A DNA stretch of 64,000 nt from Callorhinchus milii (GCF_018977255.1 NW_024704742.1:19284001-19348000), one strand, 5' to 3'. Positions 24,333 through 38,750 are shown, numbered from the stretch's first letter. Made by a program: numbers and translations. Notes: generated by a model not told the origin, from the sequence alone.

Positions 24333-24690
24333 GTAATAATAATCCTTGCATTTGATATAGTATATTTCATGTCAGGAGGATGTCTCAAAGCTGTTCACAG
24401 GATTTACTGTAAAATATACAGTAGTGACTGTGTATTTTTGTGTTTGGAGTAGTGTCATGTGATTTTAATCCACCTGAACAGACAGTCAGCATCTCAGATT
24501 AACATCTTACTTGAAGGATGGCTCCTCCAAAAATCAGTGCACCTCAGCAGTGCATTGGAGTGTCAGCCTAGAATATGTGAATCCTAACTCCTGATTTGGG
24601 GCTTAAACCCACAATCTTTTGACTCAGAGGTGAATTGGTTGGTTAGAGGTAAATACTCAGTTGATACTATCAACTGAGCAGGATTGACAT
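24333..24690 (-). mobile_element. Deu-domain SINE
   Basis: (TAA)n tail, ATCCACCTGAACAGACAG core and TTAAACCCACAA head remnant. Confidence 0.8.
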
Positions 24691-26379
24691 GCAGTCACCT
24701 ACGTGGCAGTCAGGGATGTTTACCTCTTCACTACTGAGGATTATTCTAAGGCAGATTGTTTTTTCTCCTAACCTTCCCCTTACTCCTAAACTATAACCTC
24801 AGCTTTGATGTTGAATTACATTTACATCTGTAATTTAATATTATTCTCCATGCAAACAATGCCTTACACTGCAGGCAATAAAGGTTAATAACCGTGACCC
24901 TCAATGAATGTTCAGAATTAGCTCCAAGGTTCAAGCGGTTTCCTAACTGCACCACTAAAGCTTTGCTCTATCTTACAGGTTACTGATTCCAAAGGTATCC
25001 CAACATTAAGGCCCTTCCAATGAGGTTGGCTTAATACAGTGTGCCCAAAACCTTTCATTTAATTTTGTTTTAAATTTCATTTTTATTTTCCTGCAGGGGA
25101 TCTTTCATCAGCCATGGGATTTACACTGACTATAACTCCTGGGCTCCATATCCTTTTGGGCTCTTCTGACTTGAAAGGAGATCTCTCAGATGGGGCTTTG
25201 TAGAATTATATTAGATTTTAAAGGGGATTGGGAATGTAATCCCAGAACAATCCTGGAGATGCTACCCTGCATTAAGGGTGCTATATAAATGCAAGTTGTT
25301 GTTGTCTTGCTCCTCTTTGCCCATCACACCTGGAGGCTTTCCTCTTCGACCGAGCCTTTAGTCACCTCCCTTCTCTTTCCAGCTCAGCATCAAACCACAC
25401 TGCTGTTAAGCTCTCCGAGACACGGCCTGCGTGAAAGATACCTTATAAATACAAGTCATTGTTGTTGTTACAAATGTTTTTCTCAATAGAAATATACACA
25501 AAAACAATAGAATTTATAATTATATGGAACCTTTTACATCGGAAGGACATCCCAAAGCGCTAACTATCTTTATATTACCTTAAGGTACATGCCACTTGTT
25601 TGACTACAACAAGACAAGGCCATTAGCCACTGAGACAGCTCTATAAGCAGAATGACTGTAGGAGCAATCATATCACACAGTACATTTTTCATCCCAACAT
25701 TTCAAAATATTCCAGTCACCCTGACATCAACCTCTCCTTATTTTTGGATGACTCTGACCCTTTCTGCATCTGCAGAATTTTGCTTTTCCATTGCAGACAA
25801 ACATATTATGCGCTTTGTTTTTCCTTTTTATGCCAGTGTGCTGTATGTTGAAATGATCCGAGTTTGACCCATCTCCGTTGAGGTCAAGCCTCTAGCTGTT
25901 TGTGTTGTAATTATAATAAATAAATACTGTATGTATAGGCACATAGGTCTGACAGAGCCTTTTTTTTGCAAAACATCCCAGAGAATAATAGTTGCTGCAA
26001 AACTTGCCCAATTAATAATAGAATATCAACAGGAACGATGAGCCACTGAACTGTTCCTGTGGAATTCCAGAGAAATATGGCAGAGGTATCACCATCTGAA
26101 CATTAGAGAGTGAGGACATGTATAAGTGTCAAATCAAAAGTTCCCTTTAAACTGGTGTTTCCATTCAAAAACGTTCACAGTGCGTCAGAATCTACTGCCG
26201 ACCTCCAAAAACATTAAGCAAATAAAATCCTTTGAAAGACCACATCAGGTTAGCATCTTTTGCTTCTCTCTGGTTTTATTGCCCATCTGTTGAAGTTTCA
26301 CCATTCAATGGTTCTCTGTATTTCACTGCTTTCTGTAACGCCCACTTAATGAAAGAAAACTTGTGGAACAAAAGCACCA

Positions 26380-26397
26380 CAGTACCACCTAGTGGCA
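26380..26397 (-). promoter_or_regulatory. CTCF-like motif
   Basis: Reverse complement GCCACTAGGTGGTACTG. Confidence 0.4.
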
Positions 26398-26804
26398 TTT
26401 ATGAAGTCTACCAGACTCTGGTTACCATAAATACATTACCAAACCCTTGTGAGATATTCCTCTTGTCACTGAGAGCAGTAACTTGATGACCTGCACCTAT
26501 AATAGTATTTTCCACTATATAGACATAACATGTAATAGACAGATATGGGGAGCTCTCTGATTCTTTCTGCTCACTTTGACAACTTTCAGAAATCCAGCCT
26601 CTCAAGTCAACCCAGGGAATTCAGAGCAATGTTTTCTACCCTTATTGTGAACGTTTTGAGAATATTTAATTTAATTGCAAATTAGGCAACAACATGTCAT
26701 TGTAATGTATAACCTGTTATGAGCCATGTTGTCAAAGTCCTAATCACTGAGCAGCAATTGGGCTATTTCTCTTCCATATGCTTTTCCTTGCCATAATGTA
26801 CCTT

Positions 26805-27102
26805 AGGTGACTGTATTTGTAGGTGAACATGGCAGCCCATTTGTGTACAGCACAGCAATGTCCCACAAACAGTCATGCAGTCAGTATCCAATTTTATTTG
26901 GGGGATTGTTGACCAAGACAAGCTCACCTTTTCTTCTCCAACAGCGTCATGGTATATTTAATGTCCACCTGAAGAGGCAGACAGGACCTCGGTTAACTAA
27001 AAGACAACACCTTCAAGGTTGCAGTCCACCCCCAGCACTGAGTTGGAGTGTCACAACTTTCTTAATCAGAAGCGAGAGAGCTGCCAACTGAGCCTGTCTG
27101 AT
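26805..27102 (-). mobile_element. Deu-domain SINE
   Basis: TTTAATGTCCACCTGAAGAGGCAGACAGGACCTCGGTT is the reverse-complement Deu core. Confidence 0.8.
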
Positions 27103-29374
27103 GTAGGGGGAGGGGAAATGTAGTATGTACAGTCACTCTACATTTTGAGTTCCCCGCGTTTTGGTCTTCAATCAACTTCAATCATTGAATCTCACCCACT
27201 TTAAAAGAATGTTTTAAAAACAATAATAATACTTTGGTCAGGCAATCCACGACTGTTTGTGGGACACTCCTGTGCGCAATTGGCTGCCGCGTTTCACCAA
27301 CAAAATATACAGTCAATTCACTTTACAGTATATTCTGTGAAGAGCTTTCAGATGTCTCAAAGACGTGGTAAGGCACTATATCAAATGCAAGGATTATTAT
27401 TTTATTATTATTATTACTTCCGAATGCAGCAGGGATGAATCACACTGCTCCTGAAACTCTCTCTTCCAGGTAGTTTGCCTCAGATCTTATTTATGCTCCG
27501 TGATTGTCAAGCGGCAAATTTCACCAATTTAATCCCAGTTGCTCTGCATAAATGCAGCATTGAAAAGCAAGAACTTGTATTTTTATAGCACTGTTCATGC
27601 AGGATGTCTCAGAGTACAAAGAGAGATATAAAAAAATAAGAAAGCAAATTAATTTGCTTTAAAAGCAATTTATTCTGTGGGCCTCATAAGTGTTTTGAGC
27701 TATCATTCCAATGTGAAAGATGGTACACAAATGTATATTTATTGTATTGTATACATTGTTGCTAAGATTGTGTCTGTGGTTGGCTCGTTCACCTACTAAA
27801 TACAGTCACTACACTTGACAGTAAATCCTGTGAAGTGCTTTAAGACATCCTCCACACATGAAATAAGCTATACCAAATTTGAAGATTATTATTTATGCTA
27901 AGAAAAAAAATCTTATGAAGCAGACTTTTTGCACTATTTTGTCGCTTCTCAAAGACAACATCACAAGCCATTATATTCCTCAGAACCCTGGAGTCCGTAC
28001 AGACTGAAATAAAAAACAATTTGCTGAGAACAAATTAATGAGGTGCTTTCAGTGAATTAAAGCTTGATGAAGTGTTTCAAGCTACATTAAAAAATAAATA
28101 TCGGTTTAAAAACTGTCTTAACTTTAATTGTTTAATGAAGCAATGACTCATTGGTGTGAACTGTGAGGTATGACTCATTGTGTGGGTGCTTCACTCCCCC
28201 TCTAAAATGACAAACTGTTCCACCAATTTTCATATTATTGCCATTAATCAACCAAGTAACTGTAAATGAAGGGGTTCTTAGTGTCTAATGGTCTGCCAGA
28301 CCTGACCCAGCTGTGACTGAATGCTGTGACTGAATCCAGACTGACAATTTAAAATAAATGCAGGATCTGCAATAATTCCAAACTTCACCTTTAAAATGTG
28401 AATGTACTATTAACGTTTCACTGTGAGCATCTCATTCCCTACTATTCTCTATACAATAATTACAGGGTATGAAAGCTACTTTATTATGACTGGAAAGAAG
28501 GCTGCTCATGTTGTTATTTCTGATTTTCAGTCGAATGGAACTTCCAAAGTTCAAGCCTCCTTTGCCTTTTGTTTACCATCCTGTGGTTCAGTGCTTTCTC
28601 TGCGCCTTGCCATACACTTTCTCCACACAGCTGAATCTGTGTTAGTCTTTACCAGACCCAGCAGTTACACCACTTCAAGCACTTCTTCTCTTGGAACTGA
28701 TGTTTGATGTCTGAGGGAGGTCGAGATAAAGGAGAATGAACCTGGCCGATATCTCTCTGCAGGAATGATAAATTGTTAGAACCAGTTTCCCTCTGATCAG
28801 GTCTTGTTTACCTTGTCGCATTCAGATGCAAGACCTGAACACATTTGTCTTGCAGCAATTAGAACAGATAAGACACAATTAGGCTGGCTGCTGGTTATTA
28901 GGAACTTATTTGTCCCCATGTTAATTATATATTAATAATGTCATTACCCTCAGCTATATATATATGGCACTCATTGTTTCAGTGAGTTTGCACATCAGAT
29001 ACCCATGACACAAGCAGAACAAGAGATTATGAGATGCTGCCTGTGTAATATATTGCATTAGTACCTTCCAAGAGATCAACAATGATATTTCATGGTCTCC
29101 ATGTGTCACTATAGCACTCTCGCAATAGAAAAAGGACATGAAACACCATTTCTGGTCCCATGCATTCAGGCTAGCTGCCAGATAGTCTCTTACAGAGATG
29201 CATTTACATATCTGGGACATGGAAAATGGTCCAATCAAGGACATGAGAATTAGATGGTATATCTTCAAGTGTTCTGATCATACATCCCCAATGTTTTCAG
29301 TCCTTATGTAAAGTTGACGCACAAGTCTAGTGTCAGATATAATCTTTGTTTAATAGTCCTCAACAGAAAGTAAT

Positions 29375-29695
29375 TGCTGGAGCTGTGCGGCATTGCTGGA
29401 GTTTACCTTTGGATGATATTTTAAATTGAGGTCCCATTTGCCTGTTCAGGTAGATGTTAAAGATCCCATTGACACTATTCAAAAAAAAGTAGAAAGTTAG
29501 CCCTGGATAACAATCCCCCAAATAAAATTGATCGTTCACTTCATAGCTGTTTTTCCAACACAACTGTCTGCAAATTGGCTGTCGCTTTTGCTTAGTCACT
29601 ACACTACACTTAGTCACAGTCACTACACTTTACTGTGAAGTGTTTTGGGGTGTCGTCACGACGTGGAAGGCGCTAAACCAAATGAAAAGATTATC
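29375..29695 (+). mobile_element. Deu-domain SINE
   Basis: GAGGTCCCATTTGCCTGTTCAGGTAGATGTTAAAGATCCCAT core plus tail. Confidence 0.8.
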
Positions 29696-30109
29696 TCAAA
29701 CCGATCCCAAAATTTCCACACCTCCACCGCTGCGGCTCAGAATATGTTCAGCCGTCTTTAGATTTACCATTATATAGAAGTTGAAGGGGCTATTTTAAAT
29801 CATATTTTAACCTCATTCCATAATTACGAAACAAAATGTGTTCAGACATGTAACAATTTTGACCCTATTTTCTAAAACAAATTAAATGGGCTGAAAGTTA
29901 TCCGTCAACACAAAAAAAAAAGGTCAGCCCGAGTACATGGCCTGCCGTGATTATTTTTAGAATATCTAGCTCAAAGCAATTTACTGAGCATTTTTCCACT
30001 TGGAGGGAAAACACAAACAGGCAGTTTCTGTTTTTTTCAAACACTGTCAATGAAAGCAGAGATTCACTGAAGCCTGCAATGTTATTTGCCTTTCTCATGA
30101 AATATTAAT

Positions 30110-30540
30110 AACAGTAATCATTATCCTTGCATTTGATGTAGTGCCTTATCACGTCTTCGAGACGTCTCAAAGCGCTTCACAGAATATACTGTCAAGTGAA
30201 TTGACTGTATATTTTGTGGGAGAATGGTGTCAGCCTGGTTTGTGGGTCAGAAGGTTGTGGGTTCAACCTCCCCGCGCTAAATTAGACTTAGTGCTTGGGG
30301 ATCGTTACAATGTTGGAGGTGCTGTCCTTCAGATGAGACTTTAAACTGAGGTCCCGTCTGCTTCCTCAGGTGGATGTTAAAGATCCCATGGCACTATTCA
30401 AAAAGAGTGACCTGGCAAATTATAAAATTGATCATTCATTTATTTCATGATGGTTTGTGGTAAATTGCTGTGTCCAATTCTTAAACTGTGTTCATCTACA
30501 AATCCACAATCACTACACTTTACAGTAAATCCTCTGAAGA
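30110..30540. mobile_element. Minus-strand SINE tail (30110-30225) abutting a plus-strand Deu SINE (30228-30540)
   Basis: CCTTGCATTTGATGTAGTGCC tail, then GTGGGTTCAACC head and GAGGTCCCGTCTGC...AGATCCCATGGCACTATT core. Confidence 0.8.
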
Positions 30541-31629
30541 GCCAATATGAACCTCAACCTTAGATCCAGTGTTACTGCAACCAACAGACACTAAATAAGT
30601 CAGTTAGCTTTGAGAAAGAGGTATTAGGTTCAGAATAAACAGATTCACGGAAAACGCTAAAATTCGATCTTAATTTTGAAGTTGGTTCTTTTGAAGAGCT
30701 GTGAAAGGCACTTTTTAAGAATTTTTGCAATTCTACATGATCTTGAATTTAGATAAAATGCTCTTCCAGGCTAAGGCTTTGTGGTATTTTTGGCTTTTTG
30801 GGTAATAAACTTGTATCTTTAGCCAATGTGGGTCATGCAGAACCAGAAAGCAGCTTGTTGTATGAAAGGAAAACTATTTATCCAGAAGCTTTTTTCCCTT
30901 AATTTTCAAGCTGATGAAAGTATTACTTTGCTTTGATCTCAAACCAGCTGCATTTGGGAAATTAATGACCCGAAGAAATCATTCACTTTTTATCTTCTCT
31001 GGTGACTTCCTACTGGGCTAATCACTGGATCTCGATGGGTTTACAGTTTTGATTAAAAGCAGAAATAGAAACCTAAATCTTTAACTTGGCTTTCAAAGAA
31101 GTGCTGCAAAACAGCTTCCAAATTAATTTTGCAATAACATTCCGCAAGATTTTACATTTAAAGGCAATGCTCTTAAGAGTAAGACTGAAGAATTCAGGCC
31201 TCCACTCTCTGGAACTCCATCCCAAATTCCCTCCACCTCTTCCTCTCCCTCACTGCTTTTAAAACCCACCTTAATACCTATTTTTAATCAATCTTTCAAT
31301 CATCTTTCAAAAAATAATAATACTTGCATTTGATATAGAGCCTTATCACATCTTCAAGGCGTCTCAAAGCGCCTCACAGAATATGCTATAAGTTTTGTGG
31401 GTGAATCGCAGCAGCCAATTGCACACAGCAGTTTCCCACTAAGAGTCGTTGATTGAGTGACCAAATTATTATTTGTTTTAATTTATATTTTTGAAGGGAT
31501 TGTTCTTTTCCCCATAACATCCTCATTTCCCTCACCTACCCCCACCCAAGCTGAGGTTCCTAGTCAGTTCTGTGAAGTGCGTGAATGCATAAATGTAAAT
31601 GTATAGCTGTTGTTGTTGTAAATCCTGCA

Positions 31630-31810
31630 AGCAAAGGACCTGCTGGTCTTAAGCAGTGGGAAATGACAGTGGCAAGCTGTGCATTTTTATCTGGTTAAAT
31701 TCGAGCCATTTAGCCCTTCCCAACCTGCACCTTTAATCTCCAGGAGTAGGTGAATAGGATGGGTCCTTTCAGGTAGAGAGTGTGCATTCCATACCAACCA
31801 TATGGAAACC
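31630..31810 (+). mobile_element. Degraded family X 3' UTR fragment
   Basis: TGGCAAGCTGTGCATTTTTATCTGGTT resembles 57675-57700; GAGAGTGTGCATTCCATACCAAC resembles 41350-41375. Confidence 0.55.
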
Positions 31811-31977
31811 ACATATAAGTGGAACGCTCAGTGATTTAATTTTGGAGAAACACGATGATGGCTTTCCTTGCATGTCAGCTGTCCGACCCCCAAAAATGTT
31901 AGCCTCTGGGTGTGCACCTTTACTTATTAGTAACAAATACAGTGACAATATTCAATGTGCTTTGCCCTGCAAGACTT

Positions 31978-32865
31978 TAGCTATTGTATGCACTCTTGCC
32001 TCTGATTCAGAAGATTATGGGTTCAAGTCCCACGTCAGAACTTGGAATTACATTGTCTAAATTGACAGTCAAAGTAATGCTGGGGGGTGCTGGGGGGTGT
32101 TGTATTGTTGGAGGTGCCGTCCTTTGGATGAGACGTTAAACCCTGAACCCGTCTGCCTGTTCAGGTGGATGTTAAAGATCCCATGGCACTATTAGAAAAG
32201 AGCTGCCGCATTTTGCTCACAAAATACAGTCAATTCACTTTACAGTATATCCTGTGAAGCGATTTGAGATGTCTTGACATCGTGATAAGGCGCCCGATGA
32301 TGATTGTTATTATATTAACTATGGTTATAATAATATTTAATAATAATTCACCAACAAATATATAGTCAATTCACTTTACAATATATTCTGTGAAGTGCTT
32401 TGAGACATCTAGAAGACGTGAAAAGCGCAATATCAAATGCAAGGATTACTATTATTATAACTGTGGTTATCTGTCAAAAGGAGTAGCTACAAACCTGCAA
32501 CAGTAGGTGGTGCTATTTGGCTACATACACTTAAGACTTCACTCTTCATGGAATTTACTGTGAAGTGTAGGATTGTATATTTGAAGATGAACCCAGCAGC
32601 CAATTTTCATAAAATAATATGCTATTAAACAGCTAGGAAATAAATGATCAATATTAACTGGAGGTTTGTTGGCCAGGACACCGGGAGAAACTCCCTTTTT
32701 GTTCTGAAAGTGCCATGAGTTCTTTAACAGACAGATATTAACATTGGTTTAGGATCCCATTCAAAGACGGCACCTCCGATAATGCAGACCTCCCCAATGT
32801 GGGGCTTGAACGTATAATCATCAGACTCAGAGGTGAGAGTGCTACCAACAGTGCAAGGCTGACAG
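31978..32865. mobile_element. Cluster of Deu SINEs: plus 31978-32315, tail 32350-32460, minus 32545-32865
   Basis: GGGTTCAAGTCCC B box, GGAGGTGCCGTCCTTTGGATGAGACGTTAAACC core, and an inverted copy with AAAGACGGCACCTCCGA. Confidence 0.85.
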
Positions 32866-33934
32866 CTTTATGCATGCAAACGGTTGTAAGTCATGCAAAA
32901 AGTTACTTTTATTTAAAATAACTCAAAAGATCCAAAGACTGCAAATCTCATAAATGCAAGTGAAAAAAAATATTTTTGCGAATACTAATCCTTCTATGAA
33001 TCTCGTTGTTTAACACCTAATTGAATCAATATCTATTTACTGTATCAAAATCATTCAGAACTTTAGAAACTTCTTCAAATTGCCCCAGACCAACTTTGTA
33101 CCAACCCATTTTTTTAAGCTTCCTCTCTTATTTTGTGGTCAGCCGGGTGTCTGACACATGTGGAAAACCATTACCATGCCTCACAGTATCCAAACCAGAC
33201 TGAGAGTGAGTTTTTTCTCCCTATGGTGATTTCAAAGTAGCATCTTTATCCAATTTACAAAAGGACCAACAACAACAGAGCAGATGCTTGTATTGTCTTT
33301 CCTCCTTTCTGTTATCATTGGCAATGAGCTCCAGTCATGTATGGAGTGCACACATTGATCTGACTATGAATTTGGGTGACATGTTTCATGAAAATCATTG
33401 AACCTTTCAGAGGTGAAGAGGTGGGTCATGGTACAAATGCAGGGCTCAGCTCAATTCGCTGCTATTTCCTCCCCTTCTGCAGCATCAAAGTGAGAGGGTC
33501 ACTGAGAGCACACAGAGCTGTTAGGCAATCTCAGTCCCCGCTTCAGTTCCCTGTATTGTAGATTTCATTCTGGAGAAGCCAGGAATAGGCTGCGGGAAAT
33601 CATTGCACCAGAAAACCTATCTACTCAGTGCTGTGTTGTCACACAACAGAATACCCGCCCACAAAATATACAGTCATTTCACTTTACAGTATATTCTGTG
33701 AAGTGCTTTGAGACATCTCGAAGAAATGATAAGGCGCGATATCAAATGCAAGGATTATTATTATTATAAGACATTAATATAAATATTATAAAATGCTACT
33801 ACCATAGGTGTTTGACTCATTTTTCCTCCTACTGGGGTTCTGTTCCATTGGTGGCCGTGTGTGAGCCAGTGAGTGTTAACAGGCAGTTTAACTGTGTGTG
33901 TTTGTGGGATGTGAGATAAACCCTACCTCCACTG

Positions 33935-36900
33935 ACATCAGCTCCCACCTCTCTTCTCTGACAACCTCTCCATCCACATCCACTCTGCCATCCATGTTCA
34001 TGGTCATCCACTCGACCTGGTGATTATCCGGGGCCTCAGTGTTTTGGATCTCATAAACACCAATAAAGCCATCTCAGATCACCATTTCATCTCCCTCAAA
34101 CTCCTCAATCCCTCTGCCCACCACCACCCAATATACCTCTATCACCTACTGCTACAGACAAGACTCTCCCCATACTCCCTCTCGATTGCCCTGGGGTTGT
34201 CTGAACTCCTCCCCCTCTGGCCTACCTCCTGCATCGACTTATCCTCCTCGGTCACCCTCCTCCACAACTCCCTCTCCACCATTTTCAATGCCCTTGCCTC
34301 CCTCACCTCCCGAACCACCTCCTACTCACACAACTCAGCCTGGTACATCAGTCACCTCTGCTCACCCGAGGATCAGGTGCGTGCCACTGAATGCACCTGG
34401 CTCAAATCTGATTTAACAGTTCATCGTCAGATCTGGCTGGACCACATCAAAATTTACTGCTCCGCCTTTGCCTCTGTAAATCATCCTTCTACTCCAAGAT
34501 AATCTTGGAGGACAAGGACAATCCCAGGCTTCTCTTCTCCACTACCACCCGCTCCTCCACCCACCCTCTCATGCCTGACCCATCCTATCCTCCAACTCCA
34601 ACTTTGAGGAGATTCTGGATTTTCTTGGGATCAAAATCGAGGGGATCCATTCAGCCTTTTCCATCCTCCCAAACACCACCCTTGCCCCATCTCCCCTTTA
34701 CACTCTGGCCCCTACCTATCCCTCCCTCCACACATTCAGACCTATCTCCCCCTCCTCTTCCTCCACCACTATAAACTGCATGAAGCCCACCACCTGCTCA
34801 CTCGACCAAATCCCTACCCCTCTCCTTACCTCCCAGCTCCACCTCCTCACCTCAACAGCTGTCAACACCTCTATTCTAAAAATTCTTCCCTGGACCCATC
34901 CCTGCTCACAAACTGCAGCCCCATGTCCAACGTATCCTTCCATTCCAAGGTCCTTGAATGAGTTGTTGCTTCCCAACTTCTCTCCTTCCTCTCCTGCCAC
35001 TCCCTCTACGAACCCCTCCAATCAGGTTTCCATGTGCCCACAGCACAGAAAAAGCCCCGGTCAAGGTGACAAACGATATTCTGTCCATCTGTGACCAAAA
35101 CTCCCTCTGTCTCCTCGTCCTCTTCAACCTCACTGCTGCCTTCGACACTGTAGAACACTCTATCCTCCTCCACCTCCTCTCCTCTCACCTCAACCTTCAA
35201 GGTTCTATCCTTGAATGGTTCAGATCCTATATCTCACACAGGCTCCACTTTGTCTCCACAAATGGCTTCTCCTCCAGCCCCTACATCATCTTGTGCTGTT
35301 CCTCAGGGCTCTGTCCTCGGTCCTCTCCTCATCAACCTGTACATGCTCCCTCTTGGTGGCATCATCCACAAACATGGGGTCAACTTCTACATGTGTGCAA
35401 ATGACACCCAACTCTATCTCTCTGCCTCCACCCTTGATTCCAGGACCACTGATGCCCTGACCAGTTGCTTGTCAGACATCAAGTGCTGGATGAAATCCAA
35501 CTTTCTACAATTGAACGTCAGCGAGACCGAGGCTCTCTTGATTGGCTCATGCCAGCACCTCTGCTCCTCAAGCATTGGCAGCATCAGCATCCACAGATGC
35601 ACACTCTACCTCACCAAGTCAGTCAGGAACACCAACAACAACAACAAAATTACATTTATAAAGCACCTTTCACGTGGGAGGACGTTCCAAAGCAATGAAC
35701 AGTCAGGTGTCGGGGCCCCAGCATGGGGGAAAGGGTGTAGGGGTGAGGGAGGGCAGAGAGGTGGGAGGGCGACCAAAGGCACAATCGAAGAGAAGGGTCT
35801 TGACACCGGCCTTGAAGGAGGCAAGGGAGGAAATGAGGCGAAGGGATCGTGGGATGAAGTTCCAGATTGTGGGGGCAGAGAGGCTGAATGCCCGGCCATC
35901 GATGGTAGAGGTGGTCGGGTGGGAGACATAGAGCAGACCAGAGACCGCTGAACGGAGAGAGGGGGCAGGTTGGTAGGGAGTCAGCAGGTCAGAGAGGTAG
36001 GAGGGGGTAAGGCCATGGAGGGCCTTGAAAGTGAAGACGAGGATCTTGAACTCGATCCTCTGGGGGATGGGAAGCCGGTGGAGTTGGGTGAGGGCGGGAG
36101 TGATGAGGTTGCAGAGTCTGATGCGCGAGAGTACACGAGCTGCAGAGTTTTGGATGATCTGCAGCTTGTGAAGGGAAGAGTTGGGAAGGCCGATGAGAAG
36201 GGAGTTTCCATAATCGAGCCTTGATTTGATGAATGCATGGGTGAGGGTTTCGACAGCCTGAGGGGTGAGGCAGTGGCGGAATCTGGCAATGTTGCGGAGG
36301 TGGTGGATGTGGGGGAGAAAGGACAGTTTTGGGTCAAACAAGATACCCAGGTTCCTGACTGGCTTAGTGAGGTTGAGCGTGCAGCCGCGGAGGCTGATGC
36401 TGCAAGCACCCTAGATGCGGAGGTGCTGGCGCGAGCCAATCAGGAAGGCCTCGGTCTTGCTGACGTTCAGTTGGAGAAAGTTGGCCCTCATCCAGCATTT
36501 GATGTCGGACAGGCAGATGGTCAGGACGTGAGTATTCCTGAAGTTGAGGGTGGATGCAGAGAGATAGAATTGGTTGTCATCCGCATACATATGGAAATTT
36601 ACCCCATGTCTGCGGATGATGTCACCAAGTGGCATGTAGAGGTTGAAAAAGAGGGAACCGAGAACAGAGCACGAGACGGTGCGGAGGCTGGCTAGAGAAG
36701 CCGCTTGCTGCAACGAAGTGCAGACGGTGTGAGAGGTACGACCTGAATCAGTCGAGGACAGAACCTTGAAGGTTGAGGTGGGAGGAGAGGCGGTGGAGGA
36801 GGATTGAGTGGTCCGTGGTGTCAAAGGCAGTGGAGAGGTCGAGGAGACAGAGGGAGCTCTGGTCGCACTGGTCAGGATGTCATTTGTGACCTTCACCGGA

Positions 36901-37795
36901 GCAGTTTCCATGCTGTGGGCAGCACGGAAACCCGATTGGAGGTGTTCATGGAAGGAGTGGAAGGAGAGGAAAGAACAAAGCTGGGAGGGAACGGCTCTCT
37001 CAAGGTCCTTGGATAGGAAAGGGAGGTTTGAGATGGACCGGTAGCTGGATAGCTGCGATAGGTCAAGGGAAGGTGGGGATGATAATGGCTGTTTTGAGTG
37101 GGGAATGAACAGTGCCAGATAACAGGGAGAGTTTGATGATGTTGGCAAGTAGTGGGGCAAGTAGGTGGAGCTGGGATTTAAGGAGAGGTGTGGGGATAGG
37201 GTCCAGGAGGAGGTGGTGGGCCGAGGTGTCTTGTTCGACCCTTAACTGTCCTTTCCCCCTCACACCCTTCCCCTGACCTGCTCTGCCTTATCCCACGCAA
37301 CATTGCCCGACTCCGCCACTGCCTCACCCCTCAGGTCACTGAAACCCTCATACACGCCTTCATTACATCTAGGCTTGACAATGCTAACTCCCTGCTTGTC
37401 GGCCCTCCCAGCTCTTCCCTTCACAAGCTGCAGATCATCCAGAACTCTGCATCTCCATGACCCCACCACATCAACCCTCACCCGGCTACACTGGCTCCCC
37501 TTCCCTCAGAGGATCGAGTTCAAAATCCTCGTCCTCACCCTCAAGGCCCTCGACGTCCTTGCCTCTCCCTACCTCTATGACCTGCTGAACCCATATCAAC
37601 CTGTCCGCTCCCTCCTCTCAGCAGACTCCGTCTTGCTCCAAGTCCCCCACCCAGCAAGCCCCACCATCGGCGGTCGGGCCTTCAGCCTCTCTGCCCCACC
37701 CCCACACCTCCGCTCGTGTCCCCAGTCCTAATCCCTGACTGTTCAGCGCCTTGGGACGCAAAAGGTGCTTCACAAATGTAATTTTGTATTGTATT
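33935..37795 (+). mobile_element. Outer L2 LINE (endonuclease to RT to 3' tail) in two pieces, 33935-35630 and 37222-37795
   Basis: HGHPLDLVI and ISDHH endonuclease motifs, LTAAFDTVEH and [11 protein letters not shown] motifs; GTCAGGAAC at 35622-35630 resumes as CGAGGTGTCTTGTTCGACCC at 37222. Confidence 0.9.
35632..37221 (-). mobile_element. Inner 5'-truncated L2 LINE inserted antisense
   Basis: QSGFRAAHSMETA, FHMYADDNQ and SRLDYGNSLL motifs; (CAA)n tail at 35632. Confidence 0.95.
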
Positions 37796-38527
37796 GTATC
37801 TGCTGCACATTTCCCCAAGATAAAATCGGTTGTTCACTACATGGCTGTTTGTGAGACATTATTGTCCACAAATTGACTGCCACGATCATCCACAAATACA
37901 CAGTCGCTGTACTTGACAGTAAATTCTGTGAAGCACTTTGAGACATCTCAACAACATAACAAAGCACTATATCAAAAGCAAGGATTATTATAACTATTAT
38001 CGGATATCAATTTGCGAGACAGCAGCTTTTTCTGATCATTTTATTTGGTTAAGCCAATATCCTACCAGCCAGAGCTCCAATGCTGAAGCTGTTCTGGAAG
38101 TCCATTGTGCTTGCCAGCTTCGCAACAACAGAGAAATGTCCATCACACATCTGGGAACCAGTCTACGTGTTAATTATCAGGTCGCTAATTTTAATGCATG
38201 TTAATTAGCAGATAGATGATAATTATAAGACGATAAATTCTCTGTGTCACAGCCAACAATCCTTCAGATATAAATTAGTCATACATTTCATGACTGTTTG
38301 CGGAATATCATCATGCACAAAATGGCTGTCATGGTCACCTACAAAATACAGTAACAACAATAGCTTGTATTTATATAGCCCTCTTCACATGGGGGGTTTC
38401 TCAGAGCTCATGTGGTATCATAACTATGAGTTACATTTTACAACAACTCTAACCATTGACCCTTATGTGTTCACTGGACTCCTTGTGGTTTTTGCAACCT
38501 ATACCACACAATGAAATGCTATCCTCC

Positions 38528-38750
38528 TAGGGGGAGAAGGTTAGCGGGATCTTCTTAGAATGTGAACTGGCTCCAAGATGACATGTTTGGCAACAAAATG
38601 TCGAAATCAAGCCAACCCTGTTTCTTTACTCCAGTTCCTGAGCCTGGCAGATCCACAGTATTCCCGGGCATGGCTGAGAATAGCACAGCCAGGCTGACTC
38701 ATCAGTAGGACATGGAGGGGCAGACCAGTCACTGGGGGCAGGGATTCCAG
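38528..38750 (+). mobile_element. Family X 3' UTR fragment
   Basis: TGAACTGGCTCCAAGATGACATGTTTGGCAAC and TAGCACAGCCAGG match 56730-56880. Confidence 0.75.

Noticed and set aside
33935..37795. Dense overlapping ORFs of 150-250 aa on both strands
   Set aside because: They are frameshifted L2 ORF2 pieces or antisense shadows of C-rich L2 sequence, not host genes.
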